A stretch of DNA of 63,961 bases, the filler included, from Lenisia limosa (Eukaryota > Protista > Breviatea): the NCBI GenBank assembly GCA_001655205.1. It is 19 parts of 19 records of this genome, joined end to end, with 100 filler letters (N's around TTAATTAATTAA, not from the genome) between each part and the next. Parts side by side here need not be neighbours in the genome. Positions count along the whole stretch, not along the records: positions 60,446 to 62,838 come from LPNZ01004598.1; positions 62,939 to 63,961 come from LPNZ01001097.1; 17 more parts are not named here. One strand, written 5' to 3'. Below the pieces are notes generated by a model. The model worked only from the letters and a program-made list of their open reading frames with translations, was not told where the DNA came from and did not search any database. A program made the translations under genes and the position numbers. Positions 60,750 to 63,961 of this stretch are shown here, piece by piece. Each line of letters opens with the position of its first letter. Position 1 is the stretch's first letter.

Positions 60750-62830
60750 ACCTAGTAGATTATGACGAGTGGCAGCACCGGAGTTGACGGCTGGGCTGCC
60801 AGCTCAAGTACTATCATTGACAATACTGCCACTTCTGCTGCCTGTATGGAGACCNNNNNNNNNNNNNNNNNNNNNNNNNNNNNNNNNNNNNNNNNNNNNN
60901 NNNNNNNNNNNNNNNNNNNNNNNNNNNNNNNNNNNNNNNNNNNNNNNNNNNNNNNNNNNNNNNNNNNNNNNNNNNNNNGACCGACTGAATTTTGCGGCAA
61001 TGGAGTTATCGGTTGGGGGTTGAGTGTAAGAACATATATTCCAAAAAATAATACATAGTTATACTATAAAACAAGATCGGTAGGCTCTTGATTATGAACA
61101 TGGATGAAATAAAATAAAATCTAGGACTTTGACTGGTGGTTTATTTTTATTATACATTCAGTACAATGTAAGCTTGTGACAAAATACTATGGTTTATCGG
61201 GGTTTGACTGTAATGAAACATTAAAACGTAGGCTACAAATATAATACAAACAAGAGAGGGCACTATCCCCCCTCTCCCCGCGTACGCTGGAGTGATGANN
61301 NNNNNNNNNNNNNNNNNNNNNNNNNNNNNNNNNNNNNNNNNNNNNNNNNNNNNNNNNNNNNNNNNNNNNNNNNNNNNNNNNNNNNNNNNNNNNNNNNNNN
61401 NNNNNNNNNNNNNNNNNNNNNNNNNNNNNNNNNNTGTTTCATAAATATTCCAATTTTACTTTCAATTGTACTTCCAATTTTACCCCCAACAGACAGCGGA
61501 GAAGACTGTGACTGTGGACCCGAGGGATGCGGTTCGTCTTGCTGTAATGACGCGACCTGCCAATACACTCCAGGGTCTTCCTGCTTGTATGGGGGGGGAG
61601 GGGGGTTTACGTAGCAGTGAGAAATTAAATATAAACGCTGTATCTGGCTGAAGCCGTCCCCATCACGCTTATAAGAGATATTTATTCACCCAATCATTTG
61701 CCTTACAACTCTGTGTACAGCTTCCTCCGTGCCTCCCCAGCAAAATACTAAGGGGGTCTTCAAGATGAAATCGCAAAATCTTAGAGTTTTGCTAGGGTTG
61801 TAAATATATTCCTCTATGTTGTTGCTTTCTCTTTTCTACACAGTATAAAATATATTTTAATCCTCACGATTGGCGACCTATTGTTTTAATTTGATTCCAT
61901 TTTTACTCCCCATCTGTTTTTTTTTTTTTTNNNNNNNNNNNNNNNNNNNNNNNNNNNNNNNNNNNNNNNNNNNNNNNNNNNNNNNNNNNNNNNNNNNNNN
62001 NNNNNNNNNNNNNNNNNNNNNNNNNNNNNNNNNNNNNNNNNNNNNNNNNNNNNNNNNNNNNNNNNNNNNAAAGCCACTAGTGGTATTGACGCTGTGCGTG
62101 GGGTGTTCCTATGATTATCCAAGTGTGGACGACTTTTTCTGGGATGCGGTGCTGCAGAAGCGACTGACCTGGGCTTTGACTGTTTGGTTGTTATCAACCC
62201 TTTTGTGTTGTCAGTTAACAGAGGGTCCTTTTTTTGTTTCATAAATTTTCCAATTTTCCACCCCCCCCCCCCNNNNNNNNNNNNNNNNNNNNNNNNNNNN
62301 NNNNNNNNNNNNNNNNNNNNNNNNNNNNNNNNNNNNNNNNNNNNNNNNNNNNNNNNNNNNNNNNNNNNNNNNNNNNNNNNNNNNNCTTGACCGATTTTCC
62401 TTGGGAAATCACATAGCAAATCGGTCAAGGCTCATCCAGGTCACTGTATGTATAAGGTTAGAGCTTCACTTCGGTCCAAAAAAACTGAATTTCTCGATAA
62501 ATCCTCAAAAATTATAGATATTTTACCGGATTTTTCGAACCGAAGTGAAGCCCTATATAAGGCTCATCCATCTCCATTCCTAACCCCTCCAGCCGTGTGA
62601 TTTAGCCGATGTTTGCAATGGCTTCTCCGGTTACTGTCAAAGTGGGTCAGAGTTTTGTTATTATTTTTGTTGTAACCTGGGCAATTAAATTAATTTCAAA
62701 ATTGAAGTGGGACACACTGTAATAGGAACTCCCACCCTAATTTGAGACTTTGTCATTTAATTTCCCGTAGAGCGCCACCAGCCGGCCGGTACTGTTTGCA
62801 GTGACGGTTCTGCCATTGCTAAGGCCAGGT
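60750..62830 (+). CDS. ADAM-like metalloprotease/disintegrin fragment
   Basis: Exon 61493-61586 DSGEDCDCGPEGCGSSCCNDATCQYTPGSSC and exon 62593-62641 PCDLADVCNGFSGYCQ are disintegrin signatures. Upstream IMTSGSTGVDGWAASSSTIIDNTATSAACM resembles a reprolysin Met-turn region. Confidence 0.75.
62141..62272 (+). mobile_element. Family A near-complete copy in the ADAM-like gene intron
   Basis: ctgggatgcggtgctgcagaagcgactgacctgggcttt..tcaaccc..gtcagttaacagag..gtttcataaattttccaattttccaccccc. Confidence 0.8.
62459..62555. mobile_element. Family B MITE
   Basis: TSD TATAAGGT/TATAAGGC (7/8). Confidence 0.88.
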
Positions 62831-62956
62831 GCTATGGANNNNNNNNNNNNNNNNNNNNNNNNNNNNNNNNNNNNNNNNNNNNTTAATTAATTAANNNNNN
62901 NNNNNNNNNNNNNNNNNNNNNNNNNNNNNNNNNNNNNNTGTCGGGGGGGGGGGGTC

Positions 62957-63606
62957 CTCAAATCTCCGGACATCATTCAAAATTCACCGGGCACATCAAA
63001 GCTCCCGGATAGCTTAAAGTTGACACCTTGTATAGGCCATTGATAGTGTTTTTTTTTGAAAAACTGCTTCGACAGATACATAGAGAAATGGACCTCCTAA
63101 TGTTCCCCAACTTTTATTTCAATTCTGAGCAAATGTCAAAAAATCCGTGAATTTGGTATCCCGGGGGTTACCCTTTTGCCTTTTCACAGGATTTTTTTCT
63201 GAATCTCACCCTCTTTTAGTGATAAGAAACAAAAATTTGTACCCCTCGGAGCAATTGGTTCCGGGTTCCCCTTTGCTTTGACTATGTAATGGTGAATTTT
63301 GAGAGAAAAATGTTCAAAATAGCAGTCTAAAGGGTAAACGTTCACAGATAGTTGCCATTTATTCCTTGAATATTGTATTTTATAACGGTTTTGTGTGTTT
63401 TTGACAGTATTTGGGCCTTAAACAGAGAGCGTAGACACTTAATTTGGTTTTATGTAACCCGACATTGTGAAATTGGCGTTTCATCCTTTGATTAAGATTG
63501 AGATTTTTCGAAAACAAAAGGGTATGATGATTTTATTTGGAAAACTCAAGTTGTCCGGGAGTTTTGATGTGTCTGGTGAATTGTGAATGATGTTCGGAGC
63601 TTTGAC
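62957..63606. mobile_element. ~650-bp non-autonomous element with ~65-bp imperfect TIRs
   Basis: 62957-63021 ctcaaatctccggacatcattcaaaattcaccgggcacatcaaagctcccggatagcttaaagtt is the imperfect reverse complement of 63543-63606. Confidence 0.75.
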
Positions 63607-63844
63607 TATACATACATATATATGATATGTATATATGCAGAAATGGGAAACAAAAAGAGTTTTAAACGTAGAAGTGTATATTTCAGAAAAAACAGATAAA
63701 GGTTACGAAGACAAAGTAATAAGAAATAAGGTTTGACCTCACAGACTATCTAAGTTACACTGTTTTGATTTATAATACACCTATCTTCTTTTTGAGCTTC
63801 TGTCGTCAAATTTTTGATCCCCTCCCTCCACAGTCCCACACACC

Positions 63845-63940
63845 TCCCTAGCATTGACGAACTTCTTAAAGCCTGCCGCAATCGCTGCGCGTGACTGTGC
63901 CGCCAATTCTGGCTGTTCCTCCCAGCAGACCTCCCACATC
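63845..63940 (-). CDS. Single exon of an unknown gene
   Basis: C-run acceptor ccattgcag| followed by an open frame CGRSAGEEQPELAAQSRAAIAAGFKKFVNARE|gtgtgt. Confidence 0.35.
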
Positions 63941-63961
63941 TGCAATGGGGGGGGGGGGGGG

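Noticed and set aside
1-63961. rRNA, tRNA or autonomous transposase/RT genes; multi-gene cluster
   Set aside because: None was recognisable by eye, and gene adjacency across spacers is artificial.

Overview
Eukaryotic genomic DNA from an AT-rich, intron-dense organism, probably a protist (the taxon cannot be fixed from sequence alone). The window is not contiguous. It is 19 scaffold pieces joined by 18 artificial 100-nt spacers (N44-TTAATTAATTAA-N44), with further internal N gaps that usually abut poly-G or poly-C tracts. Genes are split into short GT-AG exons, so the ORF track is mostly uninformative and exons were read by eye. Recognisable genes: RCD1/CNOT9, a dual-specificity-phosphatase-fold protein with a dead active site, Timeless/Tof1, three ankyrin-repeat loci, a prokaryote-type GH13 alpha-amylase carrying spliceosomal introns, a MORN1-like protein, a GCC2/GCC3 Cys-rich surface protein, maspardin with a poly-Glu tail, SHQ1 and an ADAM/disintegrin-like protein. 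Introns are crowded with small repeats: about 25 copies of a ~100-bp palindromic MITE with 8-bp TSDs (hAT-like), a CAGTG/TA Tc1-mariner-like MITE, and several other TIR families. The most unusual signals concern splicing. (1) One interspersed repeat family sits sense-oriented at the 3' end of introns in many unrelated genes and supplies the pyrimidine tract next to the AG acceptor (introner-like). (2) At least six tandem duplications copy an exon end, in five cases with its 5' splice site, into the downstream intron. (3) Introns often open with G-runs and close with C-runs. Gene boundaries are approximate and many genes are truncated by spacers.
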